Shown here: positions 17,664 through 32,600 of the stretch, in pieces
How the letters are laid out: every line of letters starts with the position of its first letter
How positions within the stretch are numbered: the first letter of the stretch is position 1
DNA from: the human T2T-CHM13v2.0 reference genome, Homo sapiens
Assembly (NCBI RefSeq): GCF_009914755.1
Contig: NC_060925.1
Strand: one strand, 5' to 3'
Length of the DNA: 64,000 bases
Program-made: the position numbers and the translations under genes
The notes under the pieces: generated by a model
Told to the model about the DNA's origin: nothing
What the model saw: the letters and a program-made list of their open reading frames with translations, nothing else
Database searches by the model: none

Positions 17664-18629
17664 TATTATTTTTTTTAAAGTACATGTAAAACATTTATAC
17701 AATTTTATTTGTCAACTAAAAGTCAATAAAGCTGGGAAAGGATGCATTTAACAGGCTTAATATAACAGCCTTGCCAATAGTAAACATTTAATAGAAGGTT
17801 TGCAGTGATGTTGGTGGCAGTGACAATGATAGGCTCATGGGCCCTGACATATACCCAGGGTAGTATTCATTGTTGCTGGGTTTATTAAAAGACTCAAGGA
17901 GGTTGTTGATTAACAAAAAAAAAAATGTAATAGGATCAAATCACAGTAAAGCAATGTGTCAGAGGCTGATGTCTGGGAGGATGGTGAACTTTAGAAGAAA
18001 GACATATTTAAAATGGAAAAAAAAATTATAGATGTAATAGGATGCAAATGAGTAGAGATGGCTTCAGGTATTGGACACTTTGTTAGGAATAGTGGGAGGA
18101 GAAATAGGAGGCTAGGTGTCATAGTTGGGTAAAGGATTAACTAAGTTAACGTGATATTTTAAGCTCCCAACACAGTGCCTGGCATTTAGTGCCTTCTACA
18201 TAAATGGTGGATATTTAATAGGTTTACATTTGAATTAAACTGCCAAAACTTACATGTAAATTCAGAACATCAGGAGGAGATGGAGGAAAAGGGAGAGAAT
18301 GAATATTTGCATTTCAGAGAGAGGGCTACTCTGGAGTGTGAGTTGGGAGAGAAAAGGGGGTGTTTGTGGGAGTCTGTGGCCTCGAGCACGTGACACTTCT
18401 AGGTTCTTACAGTGCTGTTGCAGCGGTGGCCCACACTGCAGATGAAGGCGAATGTGAACAATTAGGACAAGAGGTACATAGAAATACTACACTAATGCCT
18501 TTGAAAATATAATTAGATCTTTGATTACTAATTCAGGCTCTACAGAAGGCCAGAAGAGACGTAATGTTCTGGAAGCAACTTACCCTGTATGGCTTGAACT
18601 TCGGTTTCTTAAGGAAGCTCTTAAACACC

Positions 18630-19750
18630 ATTTTACATATTAATAAAATGCACACATTTTAAGGTACAGCCTACTAAGATATGTATACATTCATGTAATA
18701 TACACTCCAATGAAGATAAGGAACATTTCCATCACCCAGAAAGTCCTCCTGCCCCTTTGTGTGTCTTGCACCAGGCAACCACTAATCTTATTTCTAATAC
18801 TGTAAATTAGTTTTTCCTGTTTTAGAACACATGTACATGTAGTCATACAGTAGCTACTTTTTTTATGTCTACCTTCTTTTACTCAAGACAATGTCTGAAT
18901 GTTAATGCAAGGAAATGCCTAATTCTTTATATACTGGTGTCAGGTAATAATTTGCTCTGCAACTTCAAAATCATGGCAGAACATCTGTACAAATAACCCT
19001 ACTAGTTTAGAAGACACTAGTGCCCATTCTTTTTGGTTCCAGTTGCTCACATTCCCTGTGGTATATCATAGAATATTGCCATATAGAATGTGTATTTAAG
19101 GAGGAAAAAAAATTGTGAGATTACTTAGTCACAATTGGAGCTCTCCCTGCTTCCATCATTTTTGGGTGCTGAGTTTACTTGACCTTCATACTGCTTAGTA
19201 TGTAGAAATTTTATGTGAAATTAAGTACTACTGAAGAGGAAAGGTCACCTTGGCTGTCTGGAGTCATCAGATTTTGTATGATGAACATTTTATTTGCAAA
19301 GAGTTTGTATATCATGAAGTCTTACCATTAATATCCACTTGTTTGCTCGTGGGGTACTCTATCTCCACCCACCCCCCCAAATCTGTAAAGAATTATAACT
19401 TTAGGCATTTGTGATAAAGGCCTGAAATAAAACACATTGTTTCAATTGGATGGTTAATTCCTTCGGGGAAAAATTTGGTTATAAATCTCTGGTTGAATGT
19501 AAGAGGCAAAAGTTCAGTTCATTTTTAAGACTTTATTTCTTTAAAGCAGTATTTGGTTCACAGCAAAATTGAGAAGAAGGTACAGCGAGGATACCCCCTA
19601 CCCCCACATGCATAGCCTCCCCTATTGTCAATAGGTGGCACGTTTGTTACAATTGATAATATTGATAAACTGACACATCATCTTCACCCAGAGTCCATAG
19701 TTTAGATTAGGTTTCACTCTTGGTGTTGTATGTTCTGTAGGTTTGGAAAG
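18630..19750 (-). mobile_element. Old L1M 3'-end fragments (~18630-18900 and ~19524-19750)
   Basis: gaacatttccatcacccagaaagtcc...ggcaaccactaatc and ttggttcacagcaaaattgagaagaaggtacag...ttcactcttggtgttgta. Confidence 0.65.
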
Positions 19751-20812
19751 TTCTGTTATTTTAAGATTTGAGTTTCTAACTGATTGAGCTATTGATCATA
19801 CTTAGTGACAGTGCAAATTATAAAATTTGAGGTTAGAAATTCCTTGCTAAAGTTTCAAATATGTTTGTGCAAATTTACATCTTAATATGTACAGTAAGAA
19901 TATTTCACTTTCTCGGTTAAATTTAAATTTGGGTTAAAAGGTACATATGTTCATCAGTATAAAGTGACTACATTAATTTGTTTAATTGCTCATCTCCTGT
20001 GACTGTATTTCTGAAACTACTCACACTATCTAGATAAGCTTTCACAAGTTTTATCTCTCGTTAGGTATGAACTCATCTGAATAAAATGTGTGTATACTAA
20101 AACCTAGAAGAAAGGTAATATGCTCTGAGTTTCTTCCAACAGACTAATCATTTTGTGACATACTTTGTCAAAGAAATCTAAAATTGTTCATATTCTAGAT
20201 AGAGTGGTTTCCCCCACCCCTTCTCCTAAATTGTATGTGAGAGTTGGCAATTTAGGAAATTTTTAGTTTTTACTTTTTAAAATTAAGAAACAAATAGCCC
20301 ATACTATTTGTTGAAGGTTGCTTTCCCTTCTATTTTAGGGTGTTTTTTTTTTTTTTCGCCAATTAAAGAATTTAGGCCAGGTGTGGTGGCTCATGCCCAT
20401 GATCCCAACACTTTGGGAGGCTGAGGCAGGAGGATTGCTTGAGTCCAGGTGTTTGAAAGCAGTCTGGGCAACATAATGAGACCCCGTATCTACAAAAGGT
20501 AAAAAAAATTAGCCGGGCATGGTAGTGCATGCCTGTGGTCCCAGCTACCTGGTGAGGCTGCAGTGAGCTGTGATTGTGCCACTGCACTCCAGCCTGGGTA
20601 ACAGAGTGGAACTCTGCTCAAAAAGCAAAACAACAAAACAAGAGAAAAAAAAAAAGAAGTGAATGCCTATAATGATAGCATAAAGGTGTCATGGTGAAAT
20701 ACCTGCCTTTTTTTTTTTCCTTAATGCCTATATGATTTGGGGTACAGGAAGGTGGAAAATGGAGAGGAGGAAGGTTTGTATTGTTTTAGGTTTTGTTTTG
20801 AATCTTATTTCA

Positions 20813-21108
<296 letters not shown>

Positions 21109-21216
21109 TCATAAAAAAAGAAAAACACACAAAAAAAACAGAGAATTCTAAAATACAGCAGAGCATGAAGATATTCCTTGCAGTAATGTCCATATTATAA
21201 AAGACAAGGTACAATC

Positions 21217-23846
21217 TGATATGGGTTGGCTCTGTGTCTCTACCCAAATCTCATCTCAAATTGTAATCCCCATGTGTCAGGAGAGGGACCTCATGGGAGG
21301 TGATTGGATCGTGGGGGCGGTTTCCCCATGCTGTTCTCATGATAGTGAGGGAGTTCTCACAAGATCTGATGATGTAAAAGTGGCAGTTTCCCCTACACTG
21401 TCTCTTTCCTGCCAACATGTAAGATGTGCCTTGCTTCCCCTTTGCCTTCCACCATGATTTTAAGTTTCCTAAGACCTCCCCAGCCATGTGGAACTTTGAG
21501 TAAATTAAACCTCTTTTCTTTATAAATTACCCAGTCTCAGGTAGTATCTTTATAGAGTGTGACAGTGGACTAATAGAATTGGTCCCAGCAGAGTGGAGTA
21601 CTGCTATAAAGATAACCTGAAAATGTAGAAGCGACTTTGGAACTGGCTAACAGGCAGAGGTTGGAATGATTTGGAGGGCTCAGAAGCTGACAGGAAGATG
21701 TGGGAAAGTTTGGAACTTCCTAGAGACTTGTTGAATACTTTTGACCAAATGCTGATAGTGATATGGACAATGAAGTCCAGGCTGAGTTGGTCTCATATGG
21801 AGATGAGGAATTTATTGGGAAGTGGAGCAAAGGTCACTCTTGCTATGCTTTAGCAAAAAGACTGGCAGCATTTTGCCCCTGCCTTAGAGATCTGTGGAAC
21901 TTTGAACTTGAGAGAGATGATTTAGGGTATCTGGCAGAAGAAATTTCTAAGCAGCAAAGCATTGAAGAGGTGACCTGGCTTGTGTTCACAAAGAGATGGT
22001 TTGAAATTGGAACTTATATTTAAAAGGGAAGCAGAGCATAAAGGTGTAGAAAATTTGCAGCCTGACCATGTGGTAGAAAAGAAAAACCCATTTTCTGGGG
22101 AGGAATTCAATCTGGCTGCAGAAATTTGCATAAGTAACAAGGAACTGAATGTTAATAGCCAAGATGGGGAAAATATCTCCAGGACATGTCAGAAATCTTT
22201 GTGGCAGCTCCTCCCATCACAGTCCCAGAGGCCTAGGAGTGAAAAATGGTTTTGTGGGCCAGGCCCAAGGCCCTGCTACTCTCTGCAGCCTTGGGACTTT
22301 GTACCCTGCATTCCAGCTGTTCCAGCTCCAGCTGTGGCTAAAAGGGGCCAAGGTACAGCTCAGGCTGTTGCTTCAGAGGGTGCAAGCCCCAAGCCTTGGT
22401 GGCATCCATGTGGTGTTGGGCCTGAGAGTGCACAGAAGACAAGAGTTGAGCTTTGGGAGCCTCTGCCTAGATTTCAGAGGATGTATGAAAATGTCTGGAT
22501 GTCCAGGCAGAAGTCAGCTCAGGGGCAGAGCCCTCATGGAGAATCTCTACCAGGGCAATGTAGAGGAAAAATGCAGGGTTGAAGCCCCTAAATGGAGTCC
22601 CCATGGGGGCACTGCCTTGTGGAGCTATGAGAAGAGGGCCACGATCTTCCAGACCCCAGAATGGTATCTCCACTGGCAGCTTGCATATGCAGCTGGAAAA
22701 GCTGTAGGCACTCACCTCCAGCTTGTGAAAGCAGCCATGGGGGCTGTACCCTGCAGAGCCACAGGGACAGAGCTGCCCAAGGCCTTGGGAGTCCACCCCT
22801 TGAATCAGCATTTCTTGGATGTGAGACATGGAGTCAAGGGAGATCATTTTGGAGCTTTAAGATTTAATGATTATGGCCAGGCGGTTGCTGACGCCTATAA
22901 TCCCAGCACTTTGGGAGGCTGAGGCAGGCAAATCACCTGAGGTCAGAAGTTTGAGACCAGCCTGACCATCATGGTGAAACCCTGTCTCTACTAAAAATAC
23001 AAAAATTAGCCAGGTGTGGTGGTGTGCACTTGAAATCCCAGCTACGTGGGAGGCCGAGTCAGGAGAATCACTTGAACTGGGAGGTGGAGGTTGCAATGAC
23101 CCAAGATTGCACCACTGCACTCCATCCTGGGCGACAGAGGGAGACTCCATCTCAAAAAAAAAAAAAAAATTTAATGACTACCCCACTAGGTTTTGGACTT
23201 ACATGGGGCCTGTGGCTCCTTTGTTTTGGCCAGTTTCTCCCATTTGGAGAACATTAGGAATGAAAACATTTACCCAATGCCTGTACCCCCATTGTATCTT
23301 GGGAATAACTAACTTGTTTTTGATTTTACAGGCTTCTAGGTGGAAAGGACTTGCCTTGTCCGAGATGAGACTTTGGACTTGGACTTTTGGGTTAATGCTA
23401 AAATGAGTTAAGACTTTGGGAGACTGTTGGGATGGCATGATTGCGTATAAAATGTGAAAAGTACATGAGAGTTGGAAGGAGCCAGGGTGGAATGATATGG
23501 TTTGGCTCCATGTACCCACCCAAATTTCATCTCAAATTGTATTTCCCATGTGTCAGGTGAGGGACCTGATGGGAGGTGATTGGATCATGGGGGAAGTTTT
23601 CACATGTTGTTCTCATGAGAGTGAGGGAGTTCTCACGAGATCTGATGATTTAAAAGTGGCAGTTTCCCCTGTGCACTCTCTCCTGCTGCCACGTACACCT
23701 TCCTTCCCCTTACCTTCTGCCATGTTTGTAAGTTTCCTGAAGCTTCCCCAGCCATGTGAAGCTGTTAATCAATTAAACCTCATTTCTTTTTAAATTACCC
23801 AGTCTCAGGTAGTATCTTTATAACAGTGTGAAAATGGACTAATATA
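21217..23846 (+). mobile_element. Complete MSTA-type MaLR provirus: 5' LTR 21217-~21575, internal region, 3' LTR 23493-23846; Alu inserted at ~22875-23170
   Basis: Two similar LTRs each starting tgatatgg; 5-bp TSD caatc (21212-21216 / 23847-23851); typical MaLR internal sequence (gaagcgactttggaactgg...ggaaagtttggaacttcctagagac). Confidence 0.9.
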
Positions 23847-24169
23847 CAATCTAAGTGCATAATATATTGAGATAGCAGATAAATTACATCAATACGATGG
23901 CCTATTAAGGTACTAGTAAATAAACGATGAAGGTAATGATACTATGTGGGTAGATTTTTGTTATAAGTTCAAGTGAAAAAAATTATAGAGGAAATGAATA
24001 TTGGTTGAGCCTCAGTTAATATCTAATTTAGTCCTTGTTATTATTACATAGGACCATCAAAATAGGACAGTTTGTGCTATAATTACAGTTATATAATGCT
24101 AATATAGTTGCAAAGAACAAGCAAGTGATAGGTTAAAGTGAAAACAGTTTACTTGAATTGGTGGAATTG

Positions 24170-24710
24170 TGGGTGTATCATTGAGGGATTACAGTTACAT
24201 ACTCATAAACAGAAACCCCATTTAGTGTGGCTTAACCAAATAAAGGCAAGTTTTTTTCATGTGAAAAGTCCTGAAGAAGGTGGTCTTAGGATGGTGTGGT
24301 GCTGTTGTCATCAGGGTCTTAAATACCTTCGTCCTTTCTGCTCTGCTGCCATTAATGTATGGCCTTACTCCTCGTTGTTTCTGTATGATTTGAAGATGAA
24401 TGTTTTGCCACCAATATCACCTGTGAATTCTAGGCAAGAAGAAGGGGAGGGCATAGAGCAAAAGGCTCCTGCCAGCTGATTCTCCTTCCTTTTAATGAGT
24501 TTTCCTGGAAGTCTCATCTAGGGACTTTTGGTTCCATATCACTGATCAGCACTGTGGCACACAGTTCCCATTAGCTGAAAGAAAGTCTAGAAAATGTATT
24601 TTTTTCAAAGCTGGGCATAGTGCCACCTAGAATAAAAGAGGGGTTATGTATTTATGGAAGAAAGGGGAGAAAAAGACGTTAGAAAGTAACCAGCAAGGGT
24701 CTGCCAAGTT
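24170..24710. mobile_element. Old MLT1-family LTR
   Basis: aacagaaacccc...gtggcttaacc...ctttctgctctgctgcc...ctagaaaatgtatttt...gctgggcatagtgccacc is characteristic of old MLT1. Confidence 0.55.
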
Positions 24711-25595
24711 GTTTTCCCCTGAATGCTGTGATACTTTCAATAATAAAAATTAGACTAGCTAAGGTAAGAAAGACATCTGGTAGTGGGTGAGATGTAATGA
24801 TCCTAATTTCTTAACTGATATTTGGCTTGTCTAGATCCTTTCAGCCTTCTCCTTTTCACATGGCCTTACAACAGTTTTATCCTAGATACTAAGTCTGTAG
24901 AGGGCCAAGAAGGTGGAGTTTTGCTGCATTTTATAAGACTTACTTAAGTTCAGAGAAAAATGGGAGTATTGAAACTTAGGGCTAAAACAGATTTGGATAC
25001 ATGAGGAAAGGTTGTGAGGTTGTATGCTTAAGCCTTCTCTGAGCTTCAGTTCCTCCTGTGTAAAATATAATATGATCTGCTGTGCTTACTTTATAGGTTA
25101 GAGGGATTTTTGTTTTTGAGACAGGATCTTGCTCTGTTGCCCAGGCTGGAGAATAGTGGTGTGATCATAGCTCACTACAGCCTTGAACTCCTGGTCTCAA
25201 ATGATCCTCCTGCTCCAGCCTCCCCAGTAGCTGTGATTACAGGTGTACCACCATGCCCAGCTAATTTTTTTTTTTTTTTAGAGATGGGGTCTCACCATGT
25301 TGTCCAGGTTGGTCTTGACCTCTTGGGCTCAAGTGATCTTCCTGCCTTGACCTCCCGAAGCACTGGGATTACAGCCATGAGCCACCACACCTGGCCAAGG
25401 GTTTTTATGAAAATGAAGTGGAAGAGGTAGTGCCTAGATTTTTGTATAGAGTAATACAATTTACAACATCGGACTGATTTCATTTAGCGGTCCAAAGCCA
25501 CACACCTATTTCATGGTATCAGTTAGACTTGAGCTTAGGACTCCTGATTTCTCTTCCAGATAATACACGGCACTGTCTATTCACTATTGCATTAA

Positions 25596-25823
<228 letters not shown>

Positions 25824-26441
25824 TAGAGACAGGGTTTCACCATGTTCAGTTCAGTAGTACTATACTAACTTAACTTGCTGGATGAAAATATGTTGGTGGT
25901 AGGTGGGAAGCAGTGAGGATCATATTAGATAATATAAGTAACTGAAAAGTTCCATATAAGTACGCAAAATATTCATGGGATACAAATGACGGGGAAATAC
26001 TTAGGGCTAGAAAGAGGGATCATATTGACCTGTTCATGTTGATTTATACTTGATATATATGATACATGTTGATTTCTGTGTCTTAGCTGGTCAAACAATA
26101 CCAAGTTTTAAGGAATACATTTTATAACATTTTACATATTGATACAGAAACAAATTTGAAATTGCACAAATCAAACGCAAACTTTTAGTGTCTAGAATAT
26201 CACTAATAAAAGTGTTTATAATAATTCTGTGATTTTCTAATGCTGGGTGGGGATTTGTTGAGTTGAATGTTAAAGCAATATATTTTTGCTTTGCATATTT
26301 ATTGATGTAAATATTTTAAAAACTTAAAAATTGAGAATCATTTAACTACCTATAGATTTTACAATTTCAAAACCTTCCAAGGACCTTTAATAATGAGTAT
26401 GCCCTAAAATTGTGTGTATTTTTTTCTTTCTCCCTCTGTAG

Positions 26442-26513
26442 TGAGTTACCTGAGAGAGAAGAAGGCGAAGGAGAAGAAACTCCAAATTTTAGCCACTGGG
26501 GTCCACCGAGAAT
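26442..26513 (+). CDS. PATJ: PATJ coding exon, 72 nt, phase 2 to 2 ([25 protein letters not shown])
   Basis: Acceptor tttctttctccctctgtag|T and donor GAAT|gtatgt. Lies within ORF 26410..26607. Confidence 0.95.
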
Positions 26514-27428
26514 GTATGTGGATGACATTATTGTGGCTTTCTCAATAGGAGCACAACCAGTTGCTCTTTTCTTTAACTTAACAGAACATTATTTAGTCCT
26601 ACTCTAATGATTGAGAATTGCGATAATTCACCTGTAAGCTGGCCTACGTTTTGGTTTCATTTTGTCTTATCTAGAGATTTTTAGCTGAACAAAATGACTG
26701 TAACTAATATTAGGAACATCTTTGATACTCTTTCAGAGAAAGCAACTTAGATGTCCATCTAACAAGTATAGTTTATCACTATGTCATTAAGCAAGTCAGG
26801 TAAAGCTGCCTTGAATGCAGTAAAGCTTTCTTTTCTGGTAAACAACAGTAACAGTAGTTGAAGTTTCTAGTATATATCAGTTTATCTCTACCTTCCTCCC
26901 CTGGTGGAGAGTCCACGTTTGTGCTAACAGAATGTGTTGAAAACCCATCTTCCCTTGGATCTGGGGGAAGTTTTAAGTACTCACCAGTCGCTGTAGTTTT
27001 AAGTCCTCACCAGGGCTGCACTTTAAGATGATGAAAGTCTTCCTTTAGCTGCTCTCTGTATTCCGTGTCCATTATTAATGGATATCTCCACCCAAACTGG
27101 TTCTTTGCTTGTAATTGAAATCTGAATTTGTCTTAAAACATTTAAGAGTTGTTTTCAGAGTTACTTTTTTTAATGAGTTAATTATTGGCTGCAGTGCAAA
27201 ACCTATAATATTTTGAGGGAGGCAGTTTTCAGTTCATACTTTCTTTTAAATAATGACATGGAGGTAGGAAGAAAACAAAACCTTCTGGCCTTAGGAGCAG
27301 GTAAAATCTGCCCTCTGATTAAAGAACCACAGAGTTAAACCTGCTGACTGGGAAAAGCAACTTGGACAACGAGCCACTCAGTGGCTAATTTATTTTGTTC
27401 TGAAAGTCTGTACTTTTTGCCGAAATGA

Positions 27429-27747
<319 letters not shown>

Positions 27748-28140
27748 ATATGTGGCTTTCTTGATTTTTGTCTTGCCCATTTGTTATTTCTTCAGTCCAT
27801 TCTTTGCTAATGTTATGGATACAAATGAAAAGGACTAATGACAGAAAATATATTATAATAGGAGATGGGAATATTTGGGCTTAACTAAATCTTCACTGAA
27901 TATTTAGAGTTATATTTATTGTTCTAGAAATCTATGCTTTTCAGAACTAAAACTTTCATTTGTTATGAATTATTGATAACATAATGTTGGAACTAGGTAT
28001 AATTTGTATAACATTTGTAAAAATATATTTCAAAAATTTATATAAAATATGAGTCACAAGGATATGATGCAAATGGAATACTTACAGTCCAACAGATTAA
28101 ACTTGTTGATGAGTGAGTTTTGTTTTTTTCCTTTATATAG

Positions 28141-28318
28141 TGTTGAGATTTTTAGAGAACCCAATGTGTCTCTTGGGATCAGTATTGTTGGTGGACAAAC
28201 TGTTATAAAACGTCTAAAGAATGGAGAGGAGCTTAAAGGTATATTCATCAAACAAGTTTTAGAAGACAGTCCAGCAGGGAAGACGAACGCACTTAAAACT
28301 GGAGATAAAATACTTGAG
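28141..28318 (+). CDS. PATJ: PATJ coding exon, 178 nt, phase 2 to 0; N-terminal part of a PDZ domain ([59 protein letters not shown])
   Basis: Acceptor tttttttcctttatatag|T and donor GAG|gtaaat. PDZ hallmarks: SLGISIVGG carboxylate-binding loop, [19 protein letters not shown]. Confidence 0.97.
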
Positions 28319-28799
28319 GTAAATGATGTTAAAGTACTGTTTTTATTGGAAACATACGGTAAGACAGTGAAATAATCATTTAGCTAGAAGACCTTTCTTT
28401 ATGTGTTGGGGACCGTGTGTGTACAGTTGGTGTGCTCTATTTATATGCCTTAGTTTGTACATTGTATGCACAATTTATGAGTTTCTCAAGTGAGTGTGGG
28501 CAGGGGTAAACAAATAAAATGATAAAAACTTCAGCTGATTGCAAAAAAACACTTTAACTAACAAAGGGCTCTATATAGAACAGGGCAGATGGTAGGCATT
28601 ATGCTTCTCCCACATTCTTTAACAAGCTCTAAATTTTTTTCCTGAAGCCCTAAATTTTATAATTATGTGTCAGGAGGATATTATGCTTGTTTAGAGAAAG
28701 AAGTTGACCCTGGAAGGTTGAAGACTCTATTGGGTGAGGGGAGGATCCATGATTCGCACCGGATACGCTCTGTGGGCGCTAAGTTTTAAAGGCACATCA

Positions 28800-29098
28800 G
28801 GCCGAGCACGGTGGCTCATGCCTGTAATACCAGCACTTTGGGAGGCCGAAGCAGGCAGATCACTTGAGGTCAGGAGTTTGAGAGTAGCTTGGCCAATATG
28901 GTGAAACCCCATCTACTAAAAATGCAAAAATCAGCCGGGCGTAGTGGCACGTGCCTGTATTCCTAGCTACTCAGGAGGCTGAGACAGGAGAATCGCTGGA
29001 ACCCTGGAGGTGGGGGTCTCAGTGAGCCAAGATCGGACTTCCCTCCAGCCTGGGTGACAGAACGACACTCTTGTCTCAAAGCAGGAAAAAAAAAAAAA
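28800..29098 (+). mobile_element. AluS
   Basis: Alu consensus with A tail; degenerate TSD aaaggca(c/t)at. Confidence 0.9.
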
Positions 29099-29489
29099 GG
29101 CATATTAAACCACTGAGAATGCCCTGAGGTCTGAATGTGATACATTTCTTTGCATTGGGTTAATTGGGTGACACCATGGTGGGTATCTGTAATCCCATAA
29201 TCTGCTTGTTCTTGATTCATTCTTTATGATGCTAACTGTTAATCATGGTGTTTCAGCTGTGATAGAATACAAAGAGCCCTGGATGTCATGGGTTGGAGTC
29301 GGAGTCTGTCCTTTTTATTTTCTATGTGTTTTTGGACAAGTCATTAGACCTACTTATTTTCCGTTTTCAGATAAAATGGAAATGAGAATTCAAAATCGAT
29401 AGCATTATTGTGAGGATTAAATTAAGGAACTACATAAAAGCTTGTCTGTATATACAAATGTTGAGTTATATTTGTGCTGTGCAATATTT

Positions 29490-30360
29490 AAAACAATTTT
29501 CAAATATACTACTTATGGCAATGAAGAAAATGACCAACAGTCCCTTCCCTTATGGTGTTTACATGATAGTGGGAATGGGGGAATAGACAATAAAATAAGT
29601 ATATGTAGAATGTCAGATTGCAATAAGTAGCTAGGGAACAAAATAAAGCAGGGGAGGAGGATAAGGAGCGTTGGGGTTGGGGATGGTGAAAGCAATAGTT
29701 GCAATTTTAATAACTTTGTTATGGAAGATGATATTGGGACAAATATAGGAAATGAGAGAGTGAGCCATATAGATATATGGAGGAAGAAAAACATGCAAAA
29801 GCTCCGAGGTAGGAGCTTGCCTGGATGTGTTCAAGGAGCAGCAGTGAGTCCAGCAATGATAGCATAGCATGAACAAGCCAGAAGGGGTAAGAGAAAAGGG
29901 CTGAGGAGTGATGGGAAGCCACATCACGTAGATCCTGAAAGCTCTGGAAGGTCTTCTGCTCTGAACGCAGCGGAGAGTCACTGGAGAATTATGAACAGGT
30001 AAGTATTGTTTCAAAGGAGTATTCTGGCTTCAGGGGCAGGGATGGAAGCAGGGGCCTCAGCCAGAAGGCTGTTGCAGTAACTTAGGAGAGAAAGAATGGC
30101 GGCCTGGACCAGGAGGAGAGCAGTCAGGTTGTGGTATATTTTGCAGGTGAATAATAGGACTTACTAACAGAATGGATGCAAAAGAATAAAGTGGCAAAGA
30201 TAATTCAAAAGCTTTTCAGCTTGAGGAATCGAAGATGGAATTTCTGTTTGCTGAGATGGGCAAGACTGTGGGAGGAACAGATTTGGGGAGACATGTTTTA
30301 GACATGTTAGGCTAAGATGCCTATTTGACATCCATATAATAATAGTCAGTTAGATAAACA
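29490..30360. mobile_element. L2 fragment
   Basis: gtgagccatatagatatatggaggaag...gcttgcctggatgtgttcaaggagcagcag...gctgagatgggcaagactgtgggagg...gatgcctatttgacatcca. Confidence 0.7.
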
Positions 30361-30610
30361 AATAAGGAGTCCCATATTCTTACTAATTTTTTTGGTCTTT
30401 TTCCTCAGTTTCAGTTAGAGTTTGTCCCCCACTGTGATTATGGATTTGTTTGCTATTCTTTGTAATTCTGTTGGTTTTGCTGTACATATTTAGTGGATTT
30501 GTTGTTGGTGATTTGCTTTTGACATTATGTGGTTTTCTTCTGTATTCCTATTAGTTACTTTTTGCCTTAAATTCTATTTTATTAATATTGGTAACCTTGT
30601 TTTATTTTAG

Positions 30611-30978
<368 letters not shown>

Positions 30979-31109
30979 TAGTTTTAGTTGTATTTTTTGT
31001 AAGCAACATCCAACTAAATTTTGTTTTTTGAATCTAATCATCTAGAAAATAAGTGAGACGAATTCACTTTTTACTTTGATTGCTGATCTATTGTAACTTA
31101 ATTTTTTAA

Positions 31110-32600
31110 TGTTTCGTATTATATTTTTTCTTAATGTATTCTGAAATCATCATAAATTTATAGGAAATTACAAAGAAGTGTACAGGGAAGTCCCATGTAC
31201 CTTTCACTCGGTCACCTCCAATTTTAATATCTTATACAACTATACTATAATAGCAACACCAAGAAATTGACATTGGCTCAATCCGTAGTTTATTCAGATT
31301 TCACCAGTTATTCATGCATTGATTTGTGTGTGTGTTTGTAGCTCTATACAGTTTTATCACATGTAAAACCTTGCATATGCACCACCACAATTGAGAAACT
31401 CAGCTGTGTCATCACCACCAAACTCCCTTGCATTACCCTTCTGTATTAGTCCATTCTCAACTGCTATGAAGAAATACCTGAGAGTGTATAATTTATAAAA
31501 CAAAGAGGTTTAATTGACTCACAGTTCCACATTGCTGGGGAGGCTTCAGGAAACTTATAATCATGGTGGAAGGAGAAGCAGGCACCTTCTTCACTTTTGG
31601 TTGCCTCTTCCCTTTCTCTCCCATCCCTAACTTCTGACAACCAGTTTTCTGTTTCTTGATGTCTATAAATATGTTATTTCACAATTGTCTTATAAATGCA
31701 ATTATGCATTATGTATTTTTTGAGATTGCCTTTTTTTACTTAGCATAATCTCCTTGAGGTTCATTCAATTTGTTGTGCACATTAATAGTTCATTCCCATG
31801 GCTGGGTGAGGTGGCTCACACCTGTAATCCCAGCACTTTGGGAGGCGGAGGCAGGAATGGATTGAGTCCAAGAGTTCAAGACTTGCTTGGGCAACATAGT
31901 GAGACCCTCTATCTACAAAGAAACTACCACTTTCTTCCTTTTTGTTGAGTCAGGTGTCTTTGGAAATTCAGGCTGCCAAAACAAAATACCATAAACATAG
32001 AAATTCCATTATAGTTCTGAAGGCTGGGAACTCCAAGATCAAGGCATTGGCAGATTTCAGTGTCTGGTGTGGACCTGTTTTCTGGGGTGTCAGAGATGGT
32101 GCCTTCTCTCTGTGTCCTCACATAGTGGAAGGGATGAGCTAGCTATCTTGGGTCTCTTTTATAAGGCCACTAATCCTATTCTTGAGGGCAGAGCCCTCAT
32201 GACCTAATCACTTTGTAAAGGCCCTACCTACCTCCTAATACCTTCACCTTAGAAGTTAGGATTTCAAGATATGAATTGTGAAGGACACATAAATTCCAAC
32301 CATAGCAGTGGCATTTCATAATATGGATGTACCAATTTGTTTAATCATTCACCCATTGAAAGACACTTGGGTAGTTTTTAATTATTGACTATTACAAATA
32401 AATCTGCTCTAAATATTTATGTACAAATTCCTGAGTGAAAATAAGTCTACATTTCTGTAGGATAAACACCCAAGGGTGCAATTACTGGGTTTTATGGTAA
32501 TTGTACTTTTGGTTTTGAAAAGAGTTGTCAAACTCTTTCCAGAGTGGCTGGCTATACCGTTTTACATTCACACCAGCAATGTGTAAGTTTCTCCATATTC
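31110..32600 (-). mobile_element. Old L1M 3' fragment with a nested THE1/MST fragment (~31442-31594, -), an Alu monomer (31799-31923) and an MLT1/MST-type LTR (~31950-32307)
   Basis: L1M 3' motifs (ccaagaaattgacattgg, cattcacccattgaaagacacttggg, tacattcacaccagcaatgt) on either side of the nested elements. Confidence 0.7.

Noticed and set aside
28049-28375. 108-aa ORF containing half a PDZ domain as a stand-alone gene
   Set aside because: It is the 178-nt PATJ exon plus incidental open intronic flanks. The same applies to ORFs 11071..11322 and 26410..26607.
28735-28785. Small CpG patch (gattcgcaccggatacgctctgtgggcgct), and a similar one at ~8720-8835
   Set aside because: Only 4-5 CpGs, with no recognisable RNA gene or motif cluster; cannot be distinguished from chance.
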